This document shows, in pieces, positions 10,062-19,007 of a stretch of DNA of 64,000 nt. The stretch's first letter is position 1, and the number at the start of each line of letters is the position of its first letter. A program made the translations under genes and the position numbers. A model generated the notes under the pieces. It made no database searches and had not been told where the DNA came from. It worked only from the letters and a program-made list of their open reading frames with translations. This stretch comes from an uncultured Hyphomicrobium sp. (GTDB lineage Bacteria > Pseudomonadota > Alphaproteobacteria > Rhizobiales > Hyphomicrobiaceae): positions 162,712 to 226,711 of the forward strand of contig CAZBPM010000002.1 of NCBI GenBank assembly GCA_964493785.1, in the 5' to 3' direction.

Positions 10062-10300
10062 AGGCAACGGTCGTCGCGGTGCTGAAGGACGAACAGGAGG
10101 ACAAGGCGTTCCACTCGTTCCTCTGGCAACAGGCGCGGATGCTCTCGATCGACCTATCTCGCCCGCCGCAGTACTATTACACCATTGCCAGCAACACATT
10201 GCGCCGAGACGAAGCTCCCGGCCGGTATGTTGCGCTTGACGGAACGAACGAGCGCAACATCCCCTCAGTCTGTTATCAGTTCGCGCAGCATGCGCGCTGA
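10058..10300 (+). CDS. Hypothetical protein, either GTGA-coupled to the upstream gene or its frameshifted C-terminus
   Basis: The GTG start overlaps the upstream TGA (GTGA). GC3 is high. The sequence KATVVAVLKDEQ reads like a continuation of the upstream domain. Confidence 0.45.
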   Translation: MKATVVAVLKDEQEDKAFHSFLWQQARMLSIDLSRPPQYYYTIASNTLRRDEAPGRYVALDGTNERNIPSVCYQFAQHAR

Positions 10301-10308
10301 CTAAGGGC

Positions 10309-11298
10309 TCAGCTAACGAGTTGGTGCTCTTTCGCGGCAGCCATGAGTTCGGCGAGAATGCCGACTGCCAGTGTCGCTTTGCTCTTGGCGCCCTGGATGG
10401 TGCCGACCGGCGCGCGTATTCGAGCCGTATCGGCTTCACTCAATCCAAGGTCGATGAGCGCGCGCACGCGCGACCTGTGCGCCGCTCTGCTGCCGAGCGC
10501 ACCGATGTAGAAGCAGTCACGCTTCAGCAGACGCGTCAGCAACGCAGGCTCGATATCGTGCTCATGGAAGACGAGGACGACGGCTGAAGCGGAATCTAGC
10601 CGATCGACGAGCCGCTCGGGCAGTTCCCACTCCGGGACCGATGCAACGCCGACCTCGCGCACCTGGCTACGCGTGCTGTCATCCGGGCTCCAAACTTCCG
10701 TGTCCAACCCGGTGGCGCGCGCCAGGACTGCGAGCCCAGACAACGCTGGGCCGCTGCCGAGAAGCAGTAATCGCGGCTGGGGCAGGTAGACACGCCTGAA
10801 ATGGTCACCATCGCGTACACTTTCCTCCCGAGTTCCATCATCGAGCAGGGTGATCTTGCGCGTATCGCTGGCCATATCGGTTTCGAGTGCAAAGCGCCTG
10901 CGCGCGTTGATGTGCAGAACGGTGGCTCCGAGCAGCTGGGAACTCATCGTGCAATCCACGTGGAATTCGAGACCGCTATCGCAAGGCAGGCGGAAGTCGA
11001 TGTACTTTGAGCCGCGGCCGTAGCGCACGATGCGGTTCTGCCCCGCGCGGATGACTTCGCCGGCCTCGATGGCAATTGCCCGTTCCAGACATCCACCTGA
11101 AAGGTAGCCGAAGTACCGCCCGTCCTCGGCGACGACCATCTGCGCACCCAGGGGGCGCGGCGAGGAGCCATCAATCGTCACCAGCGTGACGAGCGCGGTG
11201 CGCAGGCCATCGCAGCGCCACTTCCACATCACCGGCAGAACGCTGTCCTGTCCCAACAGACTGGCCGGCCAGCTCGACGCTTGAACTTCGATGCTCAT
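10309..11298 (-). CDS. xdhC: XdhC/CoxI-family molybdenum-cofactor insertion chaperone
   Basis: N-terminal XdhC_CoxI strings (TLVTIDGSSPRPLGAQMVV..GYLSGGCLE) and a C-terminal Rossmann-like LLLLGSGPALSGLA ... IGALGSR. Confidence 0.85.
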   Translation of the reverse strand: MSIEVQASSWPASLLGQDSVLPVMWKWRCDGLRTALVTLVTIDGSSPRPLGAQMVVAEDGRYFGYLSGGCLERAIAIEAGEVIRAGQNRIVRYGRGSKYIDFRLPCDSGLEFHVDCTMSSQLLGATVLHINARRRFALETDMASDTRKITLLDDGTREESVRDGDHFRRVYLPQPRLLLLGSGPALSGLAVLARATGLDTEVWSPDDSTRSQVREVGVASVPEWELPERLVDRLDSASAVVLVFHEHDIEPALLTRLLKRDCFYIGALGSRAAHRSRVRALIDLGLSEADTARIRAPVGTIQGAKSKATLAVGILAELMAAAKEHQLVS

Positions 11299-11355
11299 TG
11301 TCTCAACGCAACGCGGCGCTCCCCCGAGACTCCCGATGCGACGTCCTGAGCCGGC

Positions 11356-13338
11356 CTAGGTCGGCCGGTCGATGTCGAGCTTCTTCATCCAGCGATAAAG
11401 CGTCTGCCGGCTGACATTCAGTTCGGTTGCGGCGTCAGATATGCACCAGCTGTTTCGCTCCAGCACGTCGACGACATTGGGCGCGATCACATCCTCACCG
11501 CAGGGCTGGCTCGCGGAATCAGCGGCATTGAAATCGAGCCAGGTCGGCAGGCGGGTGTGCTCGATCTCATCGCGATCGGCGCAGGCGAGTGCGTAGCGCA
11601 TGGCGAGGCGAAGCTCGCGCATGTTTCCCGGCCAGGGCTGGGCGACAAGGATTTGCAGCGATCTGCTCGAGAGCCGGGGCGGATTATCGAGCCCCATGTG
11701 CGCCGCTTCGATCGCCAGCGCGCCCATAATCACATCGGCCTTGTCCGCTCGTGCGCGCAACGGCGGAAGCTCGAGCCTGATGCCCGCGATCCGGTAATAA
11801 AGATCCTGCCTGAAACGCCCCTCGGACACGAGCCGCGGCAAATCCTGGTGACTCGCGCAGATGACATTGAACTCGACCTTGGTCGGCTTGGTCGACCCTA
11901 GCGGAACGACCTCGTTTTGCGCCAGCACACGCAACAGCCTCGTTTGGAGTTGCAGCGGCATGTCGCCGATTTCGTCGAGGAACAGCGTGCCGCAGTGCGC
12001 CTCTGCGATGCGCCCCTTGCGGCCGTCGCGGCGCGCGCCGGTGAAAGTGCCGGTCTCGTAACCGAACAACTCGCTCTCGATCAGGCTTTCAGGAATCGAC
12101 GAGCAATCGATGGCAATGAACGGGCCGGAGGCACGTGCGCCGGCGAGATGGATCCCGCGCGCAAACTCCTCTTTGCCCGTGCCGGTCTCGCCGTGCAGCA
12201 GAATGGGCAGACGCTTGTCCACCAATTGCTTGATCGTTCGCAGGTGCTCCAGCATCGTGGGATCACTGCCGGAGAGAGCCTCGAGGCCCAGCCAGTCACC
12301 ATGCGCCGCAGCCGCGGCACGCTGGGATTGCGTCTGCGCTGGCTGTTTGGATGTTTTCAACGGCGAGGAGCGTCCCGCCGGCGCGATGAGGCTGGCAAAG
12401 CATGGGCGATCGCTCCCCTTCACGCGCGCAATTCCGATGCGCTCCACGCCGGCCGCGTCTTTCTGAGGATTGCCGTCCTGCCAATTGATGTCGACGAAGC
12501 CGGATAGCGGCTTTCCGATCAGGGCCTCGCGTTCCGGGAGGCGGTGGTCGGTCGCCCCTACGAGTATCTCGACCGGCGCGCCATTGTCGTCGAGGGCGAT
12601 CATCGGGCCGTTGCCCTTCATCGCACAATCGAGGCCCCATTCGATGCGCAGGATGTGCCGGTTCTTGTTCCGCTTCAGGAAGTAGCGCCGCTCGATGCGG
12701 CGCGTGGTCTCGACCACGAGATCGAGCACGAACGACTGCATCTCCTGCGGCAGGTCCGCTACGGCGGAGGCGTCGAGGGCGGCGATGACGTTCCCAGATG
12801 GATCGAAAATCGGTGCCGCCGTGCAAGTCAGGCCGAGGTAGGCGGGAAAGAAGTGCTGCGATCGGTGAACGGTGACGCCGCAACGGGATGCGATCGATGT
12901 TCCGATCCCGTTCGTGCCGGCGGCTTCCTCGCCCCAAGCAGCACCAGTGCAAACACCGACGCGGCGCAGCGCGCGGTCGGCGGGCGTCGAACTGAGCACG
13001 TCTAGCGCGATGCCATTGGGGTCCGACAGCATGAGCACATAGTTCGCCGGCGCCAGACGGTTCATCAGGCGAGCGATGTCCGGCTTGGCGACATGCGTCA
13101 GCAGATCGAGCGCATCGCTGGCCGTCCTCAGTTCCGGCTGCGTGACGATCTCCGGCCCGCTGTGGCGGTTCGGATCGAGCTTGTGCTGCGTAACGCAACG
13201 CTTCCAAGAAGAAACGACGAGATTGTCCGCCTGGTTGGCGGAACCGCTTTCGCGCGCTATCTCGTCGAATATTCTCTTCGTGTGTACGTATTCGCGAGAA
13301 CCTGGCTGCCCGGACTTTCCATGCTGCATTCCATCCAT
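11356..13338 (-). CDS. Sigma-54-dependent transcriptional activator, AcoR-like (GAF sensor, AAA+, Fis HTH)
   Basis: Walker A GETGTGKE, a sigma-54 contact loop ELFGYETGTFTGA, and a C-terminal HTH VSRQTLYRWMKK. The start is moved to ATG 13338 (GGGAGGGA SD upstream) because the track start overlaps lldR. Confidence 0.9.
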   Translation of the reverse strand: MDGMQHGKSGQPGSREYVHTKRIFDEIARESGSANQADNLVVSSWKRCVTQHKLDPNRHSGPEIVTQPELRTASDALDLLTHVAKPDIARLMNRLAPANYVLMLSDPNGIALDVLSSTPADRALRRVGVCTGAAWGEEAAGTNGIGTSIASRCGVTVHRSQHFFPAYLGLTCTAAPIFDPSGNVIAALDASAVADLPQEMQSFVLDLVVETTRRIERRYFLKRNKNRHILRIEWGLDCAMKGNGPMIALDDNGAPVEILVGATDHRLPEREALIGKPLSGFVDINWQDGNPQKDAAGVERIGIARVKGSDRPCFASLIAPAGRSSPLKTSKQPAQTQSQRAAAAAHGDWLGLEALSGSDPTMLEHLRTIKQLVDKRLPILLHGETGTGKEEFARGIHLAGARASGPFIAIDCSSIPESLIESELFGYETGTFTGARRDGRKGRIAEAHCGTLFLDEIGDMPLQLQTRLLRVLAQNEVVPLGSTKPTKVEFNVICASHQDLPRLVSEGRFRQDLYYRIAGIRLELPPLRARADKADVIMGALAIEAAHMGLDNPPRLSSRSLQILVAQPWPGNMRELRLAMRYALACADRDEIEHTRLPTWLDFNAADSASQPCGEDVIAPNVVDVLERNSWCISDAATELNVSRQTLYRWMKKLDIDRPT

Positions 13339-13387
13339 CTCGTCCCTCCCGACGAGCAACTTTTTAGTTTTTGGTCTTGGTAGTGCT

Positions 13388-14158
13388 TCATCGCGCCAGA
13401 TAATCGTTCCTGCCGACTCGCAAGAGAGACGCTTCGAGCCGCTTGGAGTCGCGGCGGATCTCCTCGACGGTTTCGAACGTGCACGCGACGTGACTTGCCG
13501 CGGCGGCCTCCGCCATCTTGGCCTTGCCGGCGATGATCGCCTCTGCAATCGCAACATGCTGCGTCAGAAGCTTTTCGCGCACACCCGGCCGCTGATAGAG
13601 CTGCTGGCGGCTGTAGAAGATGTTGCTCCGCAACAACTCGCTCAACGCCCGCATGATATGCAGCAAAACGGCATTATGGGCGGCTTCATAGATGGAAAGG
13701 TGAAAATCGACGTCGGCTTGGGATTCTTGCGTCGGATCTTCCAGCTCGTGCGCCGTTTTTATCTGGTTAATCGCGGCGCGGATCGCGTTCCGATCTAGCT
13801 CAGAGGCGCGCACCGCAGCATAGCGTGCCGCTTGAGCGTCCATCGACTGGCGAAATTCGAAGTAGTCGGCGGTCGCCTGCGGATTGTCCTCCAACAGCGA
13901 CGCCAGCGGTTTCAGCAATGGCGAGAGGAACTGGGCGATGAAGGTACCCGCGCGCGTCGTGCGCAGCAATCCTCGCTCGGCCAGCATGTCGATCGCTTCC
14001 CGAAGTGATGGCCGCGATACGTCCAACTTCTCAGCAAGCTCGCGCTCCGGTGTGAGCCGTTCGCCCGGCCGCAGCACGCCCTGCAGGATCAGTTTTTCCA
14101 GGTGATCGGCGATAGCTTCGGCGACTTTTTGAGGGCGGATGCGCTCAGTCATTTTCAC
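13388..14158 (-). CDS. lldR: GntR/FadR-family regulator, LldR/PdhR-like
   Basis: Winged HTH RLTPERELAEKLDVSRPSLREAIDMLAERGLL plus an FCD-type helical domain. It is divergent from the lactate permease gene. Confidence 0.85.
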   Translation of the reverse strand: MKMTERIRPQKVAEAIADHLEKLILQGVLRPGERLTPERELAEKLDVSRPSLREAIDMLAERGLLRTTRAGTFIAQFLSPLLKPLASLLEDNPQATADYFEFRQSMDAQAARYAAVRASELDRNAIRAAINQIKTAHELEDPTQESQADVDFHLSIYEAAHNAVLLHIMRALSELLRSNIFYSRQQLYQRPGVREKLLTQHVAIAEAIIAGKAKMAEAAAASHVACTFETVEEIRRDSKRLEASLLRVGRNDYLAR

Positions 14159-14334
14159 CCCTTTACGCCGTCGGCCGCGCCTGACACGATTTGTCGCAAT
14201 GGTGTATTGAACGACCCAACGCTGTCAATAGAAACGATCTATTGCACCATCGAGCGCGCTTGGTCTAATTATATTACCAACGGAACGAGCGGCGCGTGAC
14301 GCGACTAGCTCGTCGATTACGGGGTGGGAATGTC

Positions 14335-16005
14335 GTGTGGTCGCAAACATATGATCCCTTCGGGAACATGCTTCTCTCGGCGGGGGCTGCAGCTGTGCCT
14401 GTTGTGGTGCTGCTCGGCGCCATCGCTATCTTTGAAATCAAGGCGCACATCGCTGCTCTTCTAGGGCTCGCTGCTGCACTGCTCATTGCGACGCTCGGAT
14501 TTGGAATGCCGCCGGAAATGGCGGGGCGTGCCGCAGCATATGGCGCAGCCTTCGGCCTGTTGCCGATAGGCTGGATCGTCATCAACGTGATCTTTCTCTA
14601 TCAGCTCACCAACGAGAACGGTGAGTTCACGGTGCTGCAGCAGAGCATCCGAAACATCAGCGACGACAGGCGCCTGCAGCTTCTCTTCATCGCCTTCTCG
14701 CTGGGCGCATTTTTCGAGGGCGCTGCCGGCTTCGGCACTCCGGTGGCCGTCACTGCCGCAATGCTCATCGGCCTTGGCTTCTCGCCGCTCGCCGCGTCGG
14801 GTTTGTCGCTCATTGCCAACACCGCGCCCGTTGCCTTCGGAGCGTTGGGGTCGCCCGTCATTGCGCTGGCCGCGGTCACCGGGCTCGATCTTCACGAGCT
14901 CAGCGGAATGATCGGCCGCCAGCTTCCGTTCTTCTCGGTCATCGTTCCCTTCTGGCTCATCTGGGCCTTCGTCGGCTTCCGCCGCATGATCGAGGTCTGG
15001 CCGCCCGTGCTTGTCGCGGGCGTTTCTTTTGCTGTGCCGCAATACCTCGTCTCGAACTTTCACGGGCCATGGCTCGTCGACATCATTGCAGCGGTCTGCT
15101 CGATGATTTGCTTGGCGCTGTTCCTGCGGGTCTGGCAGCCTAAATCGCCGATGACGAGCGCTGACGCCAGCGCCACTGAAGCCCCTCCCCTCGCCGGCGC
15201 ATCGAGCGCGGGCGCAGCAGCTGCTCCGGCGGCATCGGCGTCGCGCTGGACCGTGCTCCGCGCCTGGATGCCCTGGCTCCTGCTCAGCGTCTTCGTGTTT
15301 GCCTGGGGAACGCCGCAGGGCAAAGCGTATCTCGACAGCCTCTGGATCTACAAATATCCGGTCGCAGGCCTGCACGAGCTGGTGCAGAAAGTGCCGCCGG
15401 TCGTCGCCTCGCCGCACGCCGAATCCGCCATCTACACGTTCAACGCACTTTCGGCGACCGGGACCGGCATTTTGCTCGCAGGCCTGCTGTCCGGCTTCCT
15501 GCTGGGATACGGCCCCATCAGCATCGCGCGCATCTATATGCGCAGCCTCTATCAGGTGCGCTACTCGTTGCTGACTATCGCAGGCATGCTTGCGATCGGT
15601 TTCGTCACCCGATACGCCGGCACCGACGCAACGCTTGGGCTGGCGCTCGCCAATACGGGCTGGTTCTACCCGTTCTTCGGCACGCTGATCGGCTGGCTCG
15701 GCGTCGCGCTCACCGGCTCCGATACGGCCTCAAATGTTCTTTTCGGCGGGCTGCAGAAAGTCAGCGCCGAGCAGCTCGGCATCAATCCCACGCTGATGGC
15801 GGCTGCCAACAGCTCCGGCGGCGTCATGGGCAAGATGATCGACGCTCAGAGCATCGTCGTCGCTTCGACCGCCACCCGCTGGTACGGGCACGAAGGAACG
15901 ATATTGCGCTTCGTATTCTTCCATAGTGTGGCGTTGGCCATGCTCGTCGGCCTGCTGGTGATGGGGCAGGCATACTATTGGCCCTTCAATCTGCTCGTTC
16001 ATTGA
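14335..16005 (+). CDS. lldP: L-lactate permease (LctP family)
   Basis: Collinear with my recollection of E. coli LldP: WSQTYDP, FFEGAAGFGTPVAVTAAMLIGLGF, NTAPVAFGALG. I prefer the GTG at 14335 just before WSQTYDP. The track start at 14296 is an alternative. Confidence 0.9.
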   Translation: MWSQTYDPFGNMLLSAGAAAVPVVVLLGAIAIFEIKAHIAALLGLAAALLIATLGFGMPPEMAGRAAAYGAAFGLLPIGWIVINVIFLYQLTNENGEFTVLQQSIRNISDDRRLQLLFIAFSLGAFFEGAAGFGTPVAVTAAMLIGLGFSPLAASGLSLIANTAPVAFGALGSPVIALAAVTGLDLHELSGMIGRQLPFFSVIVPFWLIWAFVGFRRMIEVWPPVLVAGVSFAVPQYLVSNFHGPWLVDIIAAVCSMICLALFLRVWQPKSPMTSADASATEAPPLAGASSAGAAAAPAASASRWTVLRAWMPWLLLSVFVFAWGTPQGKAYLDSLWIYKYPVAGLHELVQKVPPVVASPHAESAIYTFNALSATGTGILLAGLLSGFLLGYGPISIARIYMRSLYQVRYSLLTIAGMLAIGFVTRYAGTDATLGLALANTGWFYPFFGTLIGWLGVALTGSDTASNVLFGGLQKVSAEQLGINPTLMAAANSSGGVMGKMIDAQSIVVASTATRWYGHEGTILRFVFFHSVALAMLVGLLVMGQAYYWPFNLLVH

Positions 16006-16032
16006 TCCTGGCATTCAAGGTCGACGCGATTC

Positions 16033-16830
16033 ATGTCCGCATCCGAAACAGTCCGTAGCGTCGCTAACCCGCCTCCGCGGGTCGCGTTGTTCGTGACTTG
16101 TCTCGTCGACCTCTTTCGTCCCAGCGTCGGGTTTGCCGCCGTTAAGCTCCTTGAGGATGCCGGGTGCATCGTCGAGGTCCCGCCTCGGCAAGTCTGCTGT
16201 GGGCAGCCCGCCTACAACAGCGGCGATACCGATGCAGCACGGCGCATCGCCAAGCAGGTGATCGAGACGTTCGACGGCTTCGACTACGTGGTCGGGCCAT
16301 CCGGATCGTGCATGGCGACGCTTCGCAAGGATTATCCCGAGATGCTGCAGGGCGATCCAACTTGGAGCCGGCGCGCAACCTCGCTCGCCCAGCGCAGCTA
16401 CGAGCTGATGTCCTTCCTCACCGATGTCCGTGGCAGCCGCATCGAAGGCGTGTCCTACGCCGGCAAAGTCACGTACCATGACAGCTGCTCGGGACTAAGA
16501 TCGCTCGGCATCAAATCCCAGCCGCGCCAGCTGCTGGCTGACATCGATGGCCTCGAGCTATCCGAGCTGCAGGACCCGGAGACATGCTGCGGATTCGGTG
16601 GGACTTTCTGCGTCAAGTATCCGGAGATCTCCATCAAGATGGTGTCCGACAAGGTGGGCAATATCGAGATGAGCGGCGCCGACACCCTGCTCGGCGGCGA
16701 TCTTGGATGCCTCCTAAATATTGCCGGACGGCTACGCCGGGTCGGTAACGAAACCCGCGTGTTTCATGCTGCGGAGGTCCTTGCGGGCATGGCCGATGGT
16801 CCCGGCATCGGCGAGGCAGAGAAGCCCTGA
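16033..16830 (+). CDS. lutA: Lactate utilization protein A (CCG-domain Fe-S oxidoreductase)
   Basis: VALFVTCLVDLFRPSVG ... VCCGQP ... ETCCGFGGTF cysteine-rich CCG motifs. It is first in a lutABC-order cluster. Confidence 0.9.
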   Translation: MSASETVRSVANPPPRVALFVTCLVDLFRPSVGFAAVKLLEDAGCIVEVPPRQVCCGQPAYNSGDTDAARRIAKQVIETFDGFDYVVGPSGSCMATLRKDYPEMLQGDPTWSRRATSLAQRSYELMSFLTDVRGSRIEGVSYAGKVTYHDSCSGLRSLGIKSQPRQLLADIDGLELSELQDPETCCGFGGTFCVKYPEISIKMVSDKVGNIEMSGADTLLGGDLGCLLNIAGRLRRVGNETRVFHAAEVLAGMADGPGIGEAEKP

Positions 16831-18251
16831 TGGGAGCGCAAACACAAAGCTTTCATGAACGTGCTTCGCAGGCGCTGACTGACCAGAACCTGCAACGCTC
16901 GATTGGCGCCCTGAAGGGTGGCTTCGTAGCAGCGCGGGCTCGTGCCGTCGCCGCGGTGCCGGAGTTCGAGGCGATGCGCGAAGCCGGTCGCGTGATCAAG
17001 GATCATACGCTCGCCAACCTCGATTTTTACCTGACGCGCTACGAAGCCGAAGTCGTCCGACAGGGCGGCCAAGTGCACTGGGCGTCGGACGCAGAAGAGG
17101 CCTGCCGAATTATACGGGACATCTGCGCGCGCGTCGGCGCAAAAACGGTCACCAAGGGCAAGTCGATGGTCTCCGAGGAGATCGGCCTCAACGAAGCCCT
17201 CGAAGCCGACGGCTTGGAGGTCCTTGAGACGGACGCCGGCGAGTACATCGTGCAGCTCGCCAAGGAGTTGCCGAGCCACATCGTCATGCCGACGATCCAC
17301 AAGACCACCAGCCAGATCGCCTCACTCTTCCACGAGAAGCACCGCCGCTATGGATTCACCGAGCGCGTGGAGGACCCCGCCGAACTCATCGACCAAGTGC
17401 GCTCGGTGCTGCGCGAAAAGTTTTTCACAGCCGACGTCGGCATAACGGGCGCCAACTTCCTCGTCGCCGAGACCGGGTCAAACGTCATCGTCACCAACGA
17501 GGGCAACGGCGATCTCACGTCAACGCTGGCGCGCGTCCACATTGTCACGGCGGGCATCGAGAAAGTTGTGCCTACGCTGAACGACACTGCGGTGTTGTTG
17601 CGCCTGTTGGCACGCAGCGCACTCGGCCTCGACGTGACCAGCTACGTCACCTATTCCACAGGCCCGCGCAGGCCAGCCGACCTCGACGGTCCGGAAGAGT
17701 ATCACGTCGTCCTCGTCGACAACGGCCGCACGAAGATGCTCGAGGGCGCCTACCGGCCGATGCTCCGTTGCATCCGGTGCGGGGCCTGCATGAACCACTG
17801 CCCCGTCTATCTGTCCGTAGGAGGCCACGCCTACGGCGGGGTATATCCTGGGCCGATGGGCGCCGTTCTCACACCGATTATTTCCGGACACGAGAAGGCT
17901 CAGGAGCTGCCGCACGCGTGCACCCTCAACGGACGTTGCCAGCAGGTGTGCCCGGTGAAAATCCCGCTGCCGGAGATGCTCCGACGGCTGCGTCATGATC
18001 AATGGGAAGCCGGCTTTATCCGCGGCAAGGCGCGTTGGGGCATCGATGCCTGGGCGTGGCTCGCAACCCGCCCGACGCTTTACCACAACGTCACACGGTT
18101 CCTGGTTGCGGTCGGCGGCATGCTCGGCCGCTCGCGCGGTCGCTTCAACCGGCTGCCTCTGGCGTCCGGGTGGACCCTCGGGCGCGACATGCCATCCCCG
18201 CAAGGGACGACGTTCCATGCTGCGTGGGCCAAAGCAAAAAGAAAAAGGTAA
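16830..18251 (+). CDS. lutB: Lactate utilization protein B (4Fe-4S protein)
   Basis: Two ferredoxin motifs, CIRCGACMNHCP and CTLNGRCQQVCP. TGATG overlap with lutA. Confidence 0.9.
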   Translation: MGAQTQSFHERASQALTDQNLQRSIGALKGGFVAARARAVAAVPEFEAMREAGRVIKDHTLANLDFYLTRYEAEVVRQGGQVHWASDAEEACRIIRDICARVGAKTVTKGKSMVSEEIGLNEALEADGLEVLETDAGEYIVQLAKELPSHIVMPTIHKTTSQIASLFHEKHRRYGFTERVEDPAELIDQVRSVLREKFFTADVGITGANFLVAETGSNVIVTNEGNGDLTSTLARVHIVTAGIEKVVPTLNDTAVLLRLLARSALGLDVTSYVTYSTGPRRPADLDGPEEYHVVLVDNGRTKMLEGAYRPMLRCIRCGACMNHCPVYLSVGGHAYGGVYPGPMGAVLTPIISGHEKAQELPHACTLNGRCQQVCPVKIPLPEMLRRLRHDQWEAGFIRGKARWGIDAWAWLATRPTLYHNVTRFLVAVGGMLGRSRGRFNRLPLASGWTLGRDMPSPQGTTFHAAWAKAKRKR

Positions 18252-18888
18252 TCCGTTGGCACGCGAGGAGATCTTGAACCGTATCCGGTCGGCGCTCGGC
18301 GATCGCGAACGAACCGATAGCGAGGCCGCGCAACTCGATGCGCGAATGCGCGCCCGCCCCGTCGGGCCGATTGTGGATTTCGACGCCGATGTCCTGATCC
18401 AGTTCTTCGCCAAGACCGCAGCAAACAACTTCACCGTCGAGCGCATTGCCTCGCTACAGATGCTTGTATCTGCGGTGCGCGCTCTGCTGCCTGACGGAGA
18501 AGTACCCGACATCAGCATCGCTAGAACGCTGGATCACGTCGGCTGGCCCTCCGATTGGAACATAAATCGCGGCGCCGGACGTATCGTCGAGCGCGTGAGC
18601 GTTACGCAGGCGCTTGCCGGTATTGCCGAAACCGGCAGTATCGTGATGGCATCCGGCGCCGACAGTCCGACCAGCCTCAATTTCCTGCCTGACCTCCACG
18701 TCGTCGTATTGCGCGCGGACGATGTCGTTGCTCATCCCGAGGATGTCTGGCCCCGGATGCAGATGGAAAACTGGCCCCGCGCCGTCAATGTCATCTCAGG
18801 ACCATCGCGCACGGCCGACGTCGGCGGCATCATCGTGCGCCCAGCGCACGGACCCAAGCGCGTACATCTCATTGTCGTCGATTCCTGA
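18217..18888 (+). CDS. lutC: Lactate utilization protein C
   Basis: YkgG/LutC-like strings ILNRIRSALG ... GIAETGSIVM ... HVVVL. The start is trimmed to ATG 18217, because the track start at 17995 would run deep into lutB. Confidence 0.8.
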   Translation: MLRGPKQKEKGNPLAREEILNRIRSALGDRERTDSEAAQLDARMRARPVGPIVDFDADVLIQFFAKTAANNFTVERIASLQMLVSAVRALLPDGEVPDISIARTLDHVGWPSDWNINRGAGRIVERVSVTQALAGIAETGSIVMASGADSPTSLNFLPDLHVVVLRADDVVAHPEDVWPRMQMENWPRAVNVISGPSRTADVGGIIVRPAHGPKRVHLIVVDS

Positions 18889-18948
18889 CAGATCGCATCG
18901 CACGCTCGGCTGAGCTCCGCCCCGCACTCCTCGCACCCCCTCCCCCCC

Positions 18949-18977
18949 AAAAAAAGTGGGGCGACCGAAGTCGCCCC
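18949..18977 (-). terminator. Rho-independent terminator of the porin gene
   Basis: On the minus strand, GGGGCGAC-TTCG-GTCGCCCC is followed by AC and TTTTTTT. It lies 31 nt after the porin stop. Confidence 0.7.
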
Positions 18978-19007
18978 AAGGCTGCGCGAGTTTTGGAGGT
19001 AGAGCGT

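Noticed and set aside
13339-13557. 73-codon N-terminal extension of the sigma-54 activator ORF
   Set aside because: It would overlap the 3' end of lldR on the same strand by 170 nt, and it is Arg/Pro/Ser-rich. An internal ATG at 13338 has a strong SD.
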